Origin: Pelagomonas calceolata
Lineage: Eukaryota
Direction of reading: 5' to 3'
Assembly (NCBI GenBank): GCA_918797485.1
Contig: CAKKNE010000002.1
Span: 5,394,001 to 5,458,000 of the forward strand
DNA: 64,000 bases
Part shown: positions 29,798 through 40,100 of the stretch, piece by piece
How positions within the stretch are numbered: position 1 is the first letter of the stretch
Layout: the number at the start of each line of letters is the position of its first letter
Made by a program: the position numbers and the translations under genes
Notes under the pieces: model-generated
The model's database searches: none
What the model was told of the DNA's origin: nothing
The model's input: the letters and a program-made list of their open reading frames with translations, nothing else

Positions 29798-31870
29798 ATG
29801 GACCGCGACGGCGCCCTGCTGGGGACGCTCCGAGAGCTGCTTGAGCAGCTCTTGCCCCCGAACGAACCGGACGCACCGACAGCGGACGAGCCGCGGGAGG
29901 AGGAAGACACCCCGCCGCCGGCTGAGGAAGACGCGGCCTCGGACACGGACAGCGTGCCGGACCTGGCCTCGGCCTCGTCGTCGTCGGACTCCGACGAAGG
30001 GCTGCCCCCTGCGCGTCGCCGGCCGCGCATGCCGGCGCTCGCGCCCGCGTCGTCGTCGGATTCGGAATCGGACGGCGACGCGCCGGAACTCGCCTCGGCG
30101 TCGTCGTCGGACGACGAGGCGGAGGCGCCGCCGCCTGCTGCGCAGCGCGCGGGCCCGCGCGTCGTACGCGTCGGCCGCCACGTGCTCGTCGTGGGCGGCG
30201 GCCCGGGCGAGGGTCGCCCGGATTTGGGGGACCGACCGGCCCGCGTGCGTACCGCGTTGGCGCTGATCCGCCACGTGATGCTCGCGAGCCGCGGCAGCGA
30301 CAGCCACGTGGACATGGCGGACACGCTGGCGCGGGATGGCGCCGCTAGATCACAGCACGTCGTCGCCGCGTTCCGCGCCATCGACCGTGCGCAGTTCCTG
30401 CCCGCGGACGCGCGCGCCGACGCGTACATCGACTCGCCCGCGAGAAGTGGCGTGTTTCACCAGTCTTCGCCGTCGATCTATGCTGCAGCGCTTGAAGCGC
30501 TCGACCTCGGCGGCGCCCGGCGCCGGAGCTTCCTCAACATCGGCTCCGGCACGGGCTACTTCTCGGCGCTCTGCGCCGCGGCCGCGGCCGCGGCCGGCGG
30601 CGAGCTGTCGCCGCACGTCGGAGTCGAGCGGCACGCGGAGCTGGTGGACTGGGCGCGCACGCGCACGACCACCGACCCGGCCGCGCGCATCCGCGCCGAG
30701 CTCGTTGCGTTTTCCAGTAGCTCGCTGGCAGATCACCTTGCGGACATCGCGCCCTACGCCGCGGCGCGCGGCGCGTCGAGCCTCGCCGAGCTCGCGGCGC
30801 TGCCCGCCGACACGCTGGACGACATGATTGCGAGCGCCGGGTGGAGTATTCTGAAGGCGGCAACCTTCCGGCGGCACCTGGCGCGCTACAACGACGAACA
30901 CGCTGGGCGCACCTGGCTACCGCCGCACGCGCCCGACGTCTTCTACGACGTGGGCGACGTCTTCGACGTCGTCGAGGCGCTGCGCGACGCGCACTCGCCG
31001 CTGCGGGGCCGCTTCGACCGCGTGTACGTGGGCGCCGGCGTCGACCGGTCTTCCTGCCGCGTGCTGCTCCGGCTCCTGGCGCCGGACGGCCTGCTCGTCG
31101 CGCCGCGCGACGACCGCCACGGCGAGGCGCAGCGGCTCGTGACCGCGGTCCGGCGCGGCGCCGGCGACGCGTACGCGATCACGGCGGGCGCGCGCGTCGC
31201 CTTCGCGTCGCTCGTGCGTCCGAGCGGCGGCGGCGTGGCGTCGCGCGCGCCGGCGCTGGCCGGGCCCGTCTGGGGCGAGGCGCGGCCCGGCGCATTTCCG
31301 CCGGCGTTCCGGGCCGCCGCCGCGACGCTCGCGCGCGGCGTCGCGCGGGGCGGCGGCGGCGCCGCGAGCGTGCCGTGGCACGTGTGGCGCGCGAAGATCC
31401 TCCCGTTCGTCCCGGCGCATTGGTTCGAGCGCGCGCGCGGCGACGATCTCGGCCCGCGGGCGTGCGCCCAGTGCGGCCTGCCGGCGCACGCGAGGTGCTC
31501 CTGCGGCGCCGTAGCGTTCTGCGGGCGGGACTGCCAGCGCGCGGGGTTCGACGCTCATGCTGCTGCCTGCACGGCGCGGCCCGCCGCCGGCAACGACGCC
31601 GGCGACGCTTCGGACGACGGGGACGAGCTCGGCGCGCTCTCGAGGCGGCTCCGAGCGGCCGTTCGCGCGGCCGAGGCGGCCGTCGCGGGCGAGGAGGCGG
31701 GACCGGCACCGGACGATAACCGCGCGGAGGCGCGGGCTCGCCGCGCGCGCTACCACTCCTGGTGGTGGGACGACGACGGTGCTGCTGACGACGAGGACGA
31801 CGGCGTCGGCGCTGCCGCCGAGGACGACGGCGCTTCTGCCGCTTCCTCCTCGGACGATGAAGACGGCTAA
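29798..31870 (+). CDS. Protein-L-isoaspartate O-methyltransferase-like protein with helical insertion and MYND zinc finger
   Basis: AFRAIDRAQF..AYID, HQSSPSIY..ALEAL, SFLNIGSGTGY, FDRVYVGAG; CAQC..RCSCGAVAFCGRDCQ..H...C. Confidence 0.8.
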   Translation: MDRDGALLGTLRELLEQLLPPNEPDAPTADEPREEEDTPPPAEEDAASDTDSVPDLASASSSSDSDEGLPPARRRPRMPALAPASSSDSESDGDAPELASASSSDDEAEAPPPAAQRAGPRVVRVGRHVLVVGGGPGEGRPDLGDRPARVRTALALIRHVMLASRGSDSHVDMADTLARDGAARSQHVVAAFRAIDRAQFLPADARADAYIDSPARSGVFHQSSPSIYAAALEALDLGGARRRSFLNIGSGTGYFSALCAAAAAAAGGELSPHVGVERHAELVDWARTRTTTDPAARIRAELVAFSSSSLADHLADIAPYAAARGASSLAELAALPADTLDDMIASAGWSILKAATFRRHLARYNDEHAGRTWLPPHAPDVFYDVGDVFDVVEALRDAHSPLRGRFDRVYVGAGVDRSSCRVLLRLLAPDGLLVAPRDDRHGEAQRLVTAVRRGAGDAYAITAGARVAFASLVRPSGGGVASRAPALAGPVWGEARPGAFPPAFRAAAATLARGVARGGGGAASVPWHVWRAKILPFVPAHWFERARGDDLGPRACAQCGLPAHARCSCGAVAFCGRDCQRAGFDAHAAACTARPAAGNDAGDASDDGDELGALSRRLRAAVRAAEAAVAGEEAGPAPDDNRAEARARRARYHSWWWDDDGAADDEDDGVGAAAEDDGASAASSSDDEDG

Positions 31871-31908
31871 GAAACTCCTACGTTATTGTCTTTACGCCGG
31901 CGAGGGGG

Positions 31909-32874
31909 TCAGTAGCCCAGCACCTGCTGCTCCTCCGTATCACCTAAAGCGAACGCCCTCAGATAAGGCGGCCAGTCCTCGGGAGCTTGCGGCACCTTGT
32001 CCGCGTGGCCGAGGCGCCTCAACAGATAAGTCACCTGGACCTGTTTCGTGAGAGGAATGATCATCGCCCGATACAAATTCGCAACCAAAGCGGGATCCAC
32101 CTTGTAGCCGGGCTTGTTGCCCGACAACGCATCTTGCCCAAACACCACGGCCTTGGTCATCGCTCGACGGACTACAGTGTCCTCGACGGGCACGTTTTCC
32201 AGTAAGGAGTGGATGCCCGCCACATCACCGGCGGCAGCGAGCTCCCGGAAGGCGCCTTCATCTTTCTGCGCCTTCGCCTCCGCCACAAATTTCCCATAGT
32301 GGACCCTTCGCGATAGAGCCTGCAATACCGCGATGTCCGCCAAAGCCGACGACCCGTGCTGGGCGTCGTCTCCGTCAGAACAGGTCCGAGGGACCACATG
32401 GTCCAAATAAGCTTGCAGGATTTGGGGGTTGATGTTTTGGTGATCATCAACCAACACTGGCGGATAATCAAGTTCTTGCAAAGCTGGTCGTGCTATATCT
32501 TCCGGAAAGAAAGCGTGCTCCTCGGGGCTCAGATATCTCCGAGCCCGCGCGTGGACCTGCTCCGTTTCGAACAGCATCGCTTCTAGGAATGAGACTTTTC
32601 TCCCTTGGAGTTTCGGGTGCAGGCGGTCTTTGTTCACATCTGTTGCGTACGCGTCGCGGTCGTAGATCTCCGCGTTCCTCGCGTATTGCGCTCTTTCTAT
32701 TAATGCGAAGATGATGGTCTCCTCCTGCCTGATTAATGAATCGCGGACACCATCTAAACTAAAGCCGGCGTCGCCCGTGGCTCGTCTGGCGGTCCAAGGG
32801 TTCGTTCTCGGCCGCGGCGCGACGAGGCCCGTTACGGACGCGCCGACGAGTAGCAGGGCGCCCGCGTGCCGCAT
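31909..32874 (-). CDS. Chorismate mutase (eukaryotic type), plastid-targeted
   Basis: LDGVRDSLIRQEETIIFALIERAQY, RRYLSPEEHAFFP, LQALSRRVHYGKFVAEAK, IIPLTKQVQVTYLLRRL. Confidence 0.95.
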   Translation of the reverse strand: MRHAGALLLVGASVTGLVAPRPRTNPWTARRATGDAGFSLDGVRDSLIRQEETIIFALIERAQYARNAEIYDRDAYATDVNKDRLHPKLQGRKVSFLEAMLFETEQVHARARRYLSPEEHAFFPEDIARPALQELDYPPVLVDDHQNINPQILQAYLDHVVPRTCSDGDDAQHGSSALADIAVLQALSRRVHYGKFVAEAKAQKDEGAFRELAAAGDVAGIHSLLENVPVEDTVVRRAMTKAVVFGQDALSGNKPGYKVDPALVANLYRAMIIPLTKQVQVTYLLRRLGHADKVPQAPEDWPPYLRAFALGDTEEQQVLGY

Positions 32875-33639
32875 CTCGATCGCTGCCGATCCGGTTGCAG
32901 CCTGCTGCAGCTTGGTGCAGCGCTGTAAGCGCAGTGCCACTGGTTGCGTGCCACGGCCAAGGTGTGCGACGGCGACGGATCGATTCGTGCAAGGCTGCAA
33001 GACAGCGTTGTGCTGCGTTGCACAAGTAGGAGAGTTGCGGCAGGCTCGCAAAAGCTGCTCGACAAAAGCTCGAGTACCTAGGTTCACACACTAGCGAAAA
33101 AAAAGGTACCTCTACCTTGGCCTGCGCCGATGCATGACGCCGGAGCAGGGCTTTGGCCCGCAACTATGGCCATCGGGTACGCGGGCAACCGCGGAGATGG
33201 ACCGCGGCGTCGACGGCGCCGGGGCGGCGCACGTCTGCCGGCGCGTGGCCGTCGGCCGCGCGGCGCACGCCTCGGCGTCGATCGAAGAACGCCGGGACCG
33301 CTAGTCGCCGTCGTCTTGCAAAGCCTCGGACGCGCGTCGCGGCGGAGACGCGCGAACAGGACACGTCGACCGCGACGGACGGCTCGGAGCCGCTCCGGGT
33401 CGGCGCGGACCCCGTGGACCGATCCGGGACACGATCCCGAAATCCCCCGCGAGTCCAACGGGCCTCCCAGTTGGAGACGACGCGGCGCTGTGGTGCTTCG
33501 TCTCTCTCCGCCGAGCGGCGACGACGCGCCACGAAAACCAAAGCGCCAGGCGTCGAGGCGGTCGAGGCAGCCCCCGGACCACGTCGACACGGTCGGGCAG
33601 CGGAGGCGCTACACATCGCGCAGCACAGCATAGCACACG

Positions 33640-35394
33640 ATGCCCGCGGCGCCGGGCAGCCCCCACAGCCCGGGCAGCCCGAGCAAAGCGCGAGGCCTGA
33701 AGGTCAAGGCCGTGATCAAGTTCGGTGATAGAACGTCGACGCTGACGATACCCTGTGGCGATGGCAAACGAACCGTAAGGTGGTTGGGCGTAGTAGCAGC
33801 ACAACGCTTCGTGCTCGACGGCGCGGCGAAAGGTAAAGTCCGGTCGAGGGAACGGGGCCACACCATGAGCAAAGCGCAAATACTCCCGCGGAACGTCTCC
33901 ACAAGTTCAGAGGCCTTCGCGCATCCGGACGCGCTGGTCAAGGACATTTGCGTTGACGGCGACGAGGTCTTCGTGGAGCTCGATTCCAAGGTTGTGATGG
34001 ACGCGGCCATGCGACCGATTCGGAGTAATTGGCAGGTCGTCGCGTTCCAGCGCAACAACGAAGATGGTCGAAGGCGAGCCTTAGCGGATGAGTTTTCGAA
34101 GCGAGAGCAGAAGAAGAGTGAGGCGTTGATGCGGGAGGCCACGGCACGAGGCTTGGTGGAGGACGCGAAGGGCGACAAGATGCGGAATCTCATCCATCCC
34201 CAACTGTTACAGACGCAGCATTTGGGTCTGGCGGTCGAGCAGCAGTGGGGCGAGATGGACCGCAACGGCTTGATGGGGCGCTGGATCCGCCAGGGCAAGG
34301 ACCAAGAGCGCGTGAAGAGGTGCCTCGCGAAGCACTACCTGCAGCTTTGTGAGCTATTTAAATTCTACGGCGCGTCGGTCGGCATGGCCGATCAACACTT
34401 AGTGGAGTTCGTGGAGTTCTCGGCGTTTGCGCGCGATGCCGGAGTGTACGGCGGCGCGCGGTCGCCCATCGACCATGCCTTGCTGACGGAGTGCTTCGCC
34501 GAGGCGTGTGAAATACCAGTCACCAATGTCGTGGAAGCACACATGGCTTTACCTCAATTCTTATCGGCCGTGATTTGGTTGGCCGAAGTCGTAAAACATT
34601 CGGGGCACACCGGTTCGCATCAGCGCGAGGAGTTGCAAGCCCTGACGGAGACGGCGAATCGGCAGCGGTCCCTGGCCATGCGGCGGGCCGTTGGAGGTGC
34701 TGGTGTGGGCGAGAAGCTTGAGAGGTTCCTCCATGAGGAGATTGATTCGTGTGTGCACAAACGCGCGACGCAGCTCATCGGCTTGGTGGCCAAACAGCAT
34801 TTAGGAGAACAAAGAGTCCTGGCGCGGTTCTGGGAAAGGCACCATGAACTGCGGGCTATTTATGCGACGTATGCTGCGGAAGCTGCTGATTGGGACCCGC
34901 GGGACTGCACGACGCATCGCCTATCGTTTGCGAATTTTCAACTGTTGGTGGAGGATTCTGGTTTGCTAGAGTCGTCCGGTCCGAAGGATGAGCTAACCAG
35001 AAGGGAGGTGCGCCGGGCCTTCGCGGGCGCTCGCACGGAAGTGGATCATGAAAGCGACCACCCGCTGCAGCCGAAGAAGGCGCCACAACCGAAGAAGAAG
35101 CCATCTTCTCTGGACGGCCGCGGCTCGATGGGCTCGCGCGGCTCGAAGAAGTCGCGCGGCTCTTTGACGAAGGCCTCGTCCGGCCGGAGGTCTAGAGATG
35201 AACCCCCAGTGGACGACTCGGAGATGCTCTCCTACGCCGAGTTCTGCGAGGCCGTGCTCCGATTGGCCATGCTCAAGTGGGAGGACGCCGGCCACGCGCT
35301 CGACGACTCCGTCTCGAAGGTTAGGGATGCGATCGCCCAGATTTGCCAACGGTGCACGAACGCCGCGTCTCCCACCAAACGCGGCCGCAAGTAG
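33640..35394 (+). CDS. Conserved-looking hypothetical protein with EF-hand-like helical repeats
   Basis: 584-aa ORF; IPCGDGKRTVRWLG; LFKFY..EF..F and LSYAEFCEAVLRLA patterns. Confidence 0.65.
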   Translation: MPAAPGSPHSPGSPSKARGLKVKAVIKFGDRTSTLTIPCGDGKRTVRWLGVVAAQRFVLDGAAKGKVRSRERGHTMSKAQILPRNVSTSSEAFAHPDALVKDICVDGDEVFVELDSKVVMDAAMRPIRSNWQVVAFQRNNEDGRRRALADEFSKREQKKSEALMREATARGLVEDAKGDKMRNLIHPQLLQTQHLGLAVEQQWGEMDRNGLMGRWIRQGKDQERVKRCLAKHYLQLCELFKFYGASVGMADQHLVEFVEFSAFARDAGVYGGARSPIDHALLTECFAEACEIPVTNVVEAHMALPQFLSAVIWLAEVVKHSGHTGSHQREELQALTETANRQRSLAMRRAVGGAGVGEKLERFLHEEIDSCVHKRATQLIGLVAKQHLGEQRVLARFWERHHELRAIYATYAAEAADWDPRDCTTHRLSFANFQLLVEDSGLLESSGPKDELTRREVRRAFAGARTEVDHESDHPLQPKKAPQPKKKPSSLDGRGSMGSRGSKKSRGSLTKASSGRRSRDEPPVDDSEMLSYAEFCEAVLRLAMLKWEDAGHALDDSVSKVRDAIAQICQRCTNAASPTKRGRK

Positions 35395-35431
35395 TAGTGG
35401 CTCCCCCCTCTGAGTAAGACTGATGACACAT

Positions 35432-36532
35432 TTATGACACGGCGCTCAACGCGAGCCCCGCCGCGATGAGCGCGAAACTCACCAACTTCGTCCACACGTC
35501 CGTCACGGCCCGCCCGAAGCCGCAGAATGCGCGTAGTGATACGGCAAATAATAAGTTGAGGAGCTGCTGCACGCCGCCCTCGGCCGCATTGACGACCGCC
35601 GGCTCGTGAAAAGAAGCGTAGCTCAACATCACCACGGCCACGCCGATCACCGATAGACACTCTCCCAAAAACGCGATCAGCACGTAGCGCCTCCCACACC
35701 GTCGCACCCGTCGGATGTGGGAGAAGGACGGTATGAACAGTATAGCTACCAGGCAACCCAGCGCGTTGCCCGCCCGCGACGCGACGAAGAAGCGTAGGAC
35801 AGAAGCTGCCTGGTCCTCCCTCTTGAACGTACAAGCATGTAATAACGCGTTGTAGACACATATCAACAGCTCGCCGATGACGCAGCACGCGACGGCCTCC
35901 TGTTTGTAGAACGAACAGGTCCCGAACTTCCGCACGTCACCTTTGGCCGCCGGCAAAAAGCCACCGACGAAGATCAAAAAGATCGCGGCGAAATGGAACG
36001 GGTGCATCGCCGCCGTCGCGACGTAGAAATCAGTAGGCATTACTTCATCCATGGAACCACCTGCTGATGAGACCATCACTGCGGCCACGGGCTGGATGAC
36101 TCGTACTAATGTCATCCAGACCGCGCTTAGCTGTAAGAGTGGCGTGATGACCGTCGAGGAAGCCGTCCGAAATGCTCGGAGCTCCACGGCGTACGCGCAA
36201 AAGTGCACGGCGCCCGCGGCCATGGCGACGGCCGTGTCGCGATCAAAGGTCTGCGTTGCGCCCTTGCTTTTGAGCTGATACATGAAGAGAGCGCTACCGG
36301 CGGCGGCCGCTACTGACGCGGAAACGACGGCGTTCTGCTCGGGCGTGAGTTGCTCGTCGCCTTTGTCGGCCTCTCTCGTCGACATCTGGGGCGAGCGTCT
36401 TTCTTTATCGTCCGGGGGTGGTGGCGCGTCGTCGTCGTCGCCGCCGGCGATGGCATAGTCGCAGCAGACGTCGGAGAGGGCCCAGCAGCTCGTGGCCGCC
36501 AGCGTCGGGACGAGCCAGTGGACGTCCTCCAT
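35432..36532 (-). CDS. Multi-pass membrane protein, EamA/DMT-like transporter
   Basis: About 10 hydrophobic segments; AFRTASSTVITPLLQLSAVW DMT-like motif. Confidence 0.65.
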   Translation of the reverse strand: MEDVHWLVPTLAATSCWALSDVCCDYAIAGGDDDDAPPPPDDKERRSPQMSTREADKGDEQLTPEQNAVVSASVAAAAGSALFMYQLKSKGATQTFDRDTAVAMAAGAVHFCAYAVELRAFRTASSTVITPLLQLSAVWMTLVRVIQPVAAVMVSSAGGSMDEVMPTDFYVATAAMHPFHFAAIFLIFVGGFLPAAKGDVRKFGTCSFYKQEAVACCVIGELLICVYNALLHACTFKREDQAASVLRFFVASRAGNALGCLVAILFIPSFSHIRRVRRCGRRYVLIAFLGECLSVIGVAVVMLSYASFHEPAVVNAAEGGVQQLLNLLFAVSLRAFCGFGRAVTDVWTKLVSFALIAAGLALSAVS

Positions 36533-37107
36533 GGTCGGCTCTGAGTTTTGTCGAGCGACGCGTGCTGCGTGGCGATGGGCGCGGCTCCGTGCGAGCACTG
36601 GCGCGGATCACGCAGCGGATTTGGGACCGATGTCTACGGCTGCCGCATCACCAAAAGATGTGACGCTTTTTACTACACGGCCCGGTTGCAGCTCGGGCGC
36701 GGTTTTCCTTGGCTTGGCAGTTCAGCGCCAAAAAATACTGATGCGAGTGTGGCGTAGCTATTGCGACAGCGCTAGAATTAATTGGCCTCTCGATGCGCTT
36801 TTTTTGGCTGCGACACGCTAGATGGAGACACTAGACTCGATGCTGACAGACGTCTACCGTCGACGAGCCCCACGCCGAGTACCTACGAGGACGTCTACGA
36901 GCCCAATTCGCACCGGGGCCGGCGGTGCGACCGTGGGCCAACGCGGAGCAGCGGCCGCTGCCCATTGGGGGCCGAGCGACGGGCGCCGCGACGGGCCGTA
37001 GTCCTGGAAACGCCGCGCGCCGGCGCTACAAACTACGGACGTCGTGAGCCGCTCCTACCGGCCGAGAAGTAGGGGCTGCCCCAGCCTTGGGCAGCCCAAA
37101 CAGCAGC

Positions 37108-40100
37108 ATGGAGAGAGACATGGCGCCCCAGGCCTGGTCCACGGAGATGCAGCTCGCCACCAAAACGATGTTAAGGTCCGTTAATAAGCAAAGGTTAGGA
37201 CGAGTCAAACGGCCGCGGAAGTTGAAAGACGCCCTTGCTCTGGAGTCGTCCCCAAGAGACGTGAAGCGGGCGTCGAAGCTCGCAGGGTTGCTCGGTCTCG
37301 GCCGCCGCCGCGACCGCCACTCGCAGGTGGAACGGGCCCCGGAGAAGCCCGCGGACTTCGACGAGAAAAAGTGGCCCCTTTGTAGCCAGTCGATCATCGA
37401 ACGGAAACGGCCGAAGGGGTCGCTGCCTCTACTCAAAGGTGCCTGCGTCGACGACGACTCTATACTGCAGAACGTGGATCTGGCGAAGACGACGGCGCAG
37501 CATCGGTTAGCTCGAGCGATTAAGCGGGACGTCGCTCGCCACGCGTCGGCGATCGATCTCGCATTGCAGCAGCGGAAGGAATTGCGCTTCGCGAAGGTCG
37601 AGGAGCAAAGTGCGCAAAAAGTCCAGTCGTTGCTGGGGTACGATGAATTACCATCGATCGGTTCCGTGGAGAAGACACTAGATAAATCGCGGGAATCAAT
37701 AGCTCAGAAGGCCAAAGCCGCGGCGATAGCGTTGGAGGAAGAAGCGACGCAAGCCCGAAGTCCCGTCAAATCGAAAATCCAGCCGCCGCCGCCGCCCTCG
37801 TCCAAGAAGAAGCGGCGACAACGCTTTCCGAAAAACGCCGAAGAGTGCTATGGGCGGGACCAGGCCGCGCCCTTGCGGACGCCTCGCAATGAACGGTCTC
37901 CGAGGCCCGTCTGGATCACTTTAGATGAGCTCGTGTCGTCAGAAGCGATCCACCGGACGTACCGCGACGAGGGCGAGAGAGAGAGGCGGTACGCGCTCCA
38001 GGCGCAGAAACAGCACGAGGCCGAAGTAGCGGCGAAGGAAGCGGGCGCTCCCGCGCCGCGCAAGGAGGTGTTTGTGAGGCATCCTGTTTTTAGCAAGGTT
38101 GTGGGTGTCGCGACGCGGGAGGTCGCGCGCGCGACGACGCACGCGCGCAATTTAAGGGGCGGCGCCCATTATGATGATATGCTCAAGGGCTTCGCGTTAC
38201 TCACAAAAAAGCTGCGGAAGCATTTGACCTTTGACCAAGGCTTCTACAATCTCACGGCGCAGGGCGGAGAAGCGGCGGAACAGGCGAAGAGGGACGTATT
38301 GGCCGTCCGGAATACGGAAGGCTTCGATCCCTTGCGGTGCGCTCCTGTCGTGTTGAATCCCGAGCCGGCGCCATTACTACCAGAGGTCGAAGCGCTCTGG
38401 AGCGGACTACTACCGATCGGTCGGGTCGAGGTGTCGCGGAGGCGGCGGAAACTGGAGCGGGGCTGGACGCCGTGGACGTGGCGGTTCTTAGTCTATGATC
38501 TTCAGAGTGGTCAAATCCGTCGATTGACCTGCGCGGAGGCTTGCTGTGTAGATGCTGCCGCGAAGCTCGTCGAGTGGAGAGACGAGGCGGCGCATTTCGC
38601 GAGAGATGCCGAAGCGTCCACGAAAAGGGCTTGTGATGAAGAAGAACATGAGAAGAAGCTCTTCGCGCTCCCGAACGACCCGGAACCTTTAGAACTGTTC
38701 GAGGTCGCGGCGGGCCCGGGCTTTGCGGCGCGACGAGACAAGTCGAGGGAGGTCCATCGGCGGGCGGCCGTCGAGGGGGCGCGAGCTGCGGGTTCACTTG
38801 AAAGGGCAGCACCGTTGGCGCCGGCGGCCGCGGCCTGCGCGTCTCTGTTGGAGATGGAGACGCGTTTGCATGGAGCGGACGACTTCGTGGCGCTTGCTAG
38901 ACGGGCGTATCGCGACGCTGCTGCTATGAGTGGTGGAGCCGTCACCTCGCACCATCTGGTCGAGGCGCTCTCCCAAAACAACGCGGAACTCGCAAGGGAG
39001 CTCAACTTTCCCGCGGAGGCGTTTTTGTCGGACGAGGAACGTAACAAACTCTTCGGGGCGAAAGCAGCTTCTGATGCGCCGCCGGCGCACCTACAAGCCG
39101 CGGCGCTCTTCGCGGGGTTACGGGGCGTGGTCCCGCGGCCGCGGAGCGCGCGCGTTCCGAGGAGAGGCGCCGATCGGTCGCTGCCCGACCAGCGCGACGA
39201 CTTCATTGTACAGAGACCATCGCATAAACTCGCTCTACGATTATACGCGGGCAAGGGCGGCGACGAGGCGCTTTCCTGGCGGCAGCTGCCGCGGCTGCAT
39301 TTACATCCAGACACGCCGCGCGACGAGGAAGGGAGGCGGCGCGACGCGCGCTTCCGGAGGAACGCCAACATGTCTCTGAGCGACTTCGAGGGTGATGCGG
39401 GCCACCCGCTCGCGGCGCACCCGCGGTTGGTGAAAGATAGGGCGTACGCGCGCGCGGCCGTCGACGCCGCGACGGCGCAGCTCGCGGCCGACGCCGCGAT
39501 CAAACGCGTGGCGGCGCGCGACCGCTTCCGCCGCGCGGCGCGCGCGGAGATCCGCGCGGCCCGCGCGGCGAAAGCTCCGGCCCTGAGCGCGGTCGTCGCG
39601 GCACCAGCGCCCGCCGCGGCGCCCGCCGGGGCGCCCGCGCCGGCGCCGGCCCCGGCGCCCGCGCCCGCGCCCGCGGCGCCCGCGGCCGCGGCCGACGACG
39701 CGTGGTCGCCGCCCGCGTCGCCGCTCGGCGACGACGGCGACGACGCATCACTGGATGCGTCCCAGAATGATGAAGACGACCGGTCGCTCGCGACGGCGGC
39801 GACGGCGCCGCAGGAGCCACCGAATGAATGGTTAGACGAGCGGTCCCCGCCCAAGAAACCTACTTACGCGCCCGGGACGCGGCCACCTTTACGGGAAACC
39901 GAGCCGCCGTGCCTGACGCAACCCCATTCATCATTCCAGCCGGACTTCCCCCAGAAGCTGCTCACGGCCCGCATCCCGAGGGAGGAGGCCGGCGGTGTAC
40001 CAAGGAGCGACTGCAACTCTTCCCGAATCATAGCGGAGAAGTCCTGGCTGCGCTGGATTATACAGAGAGAACGTCGTGTACGATCACAATGCCTCGACCA

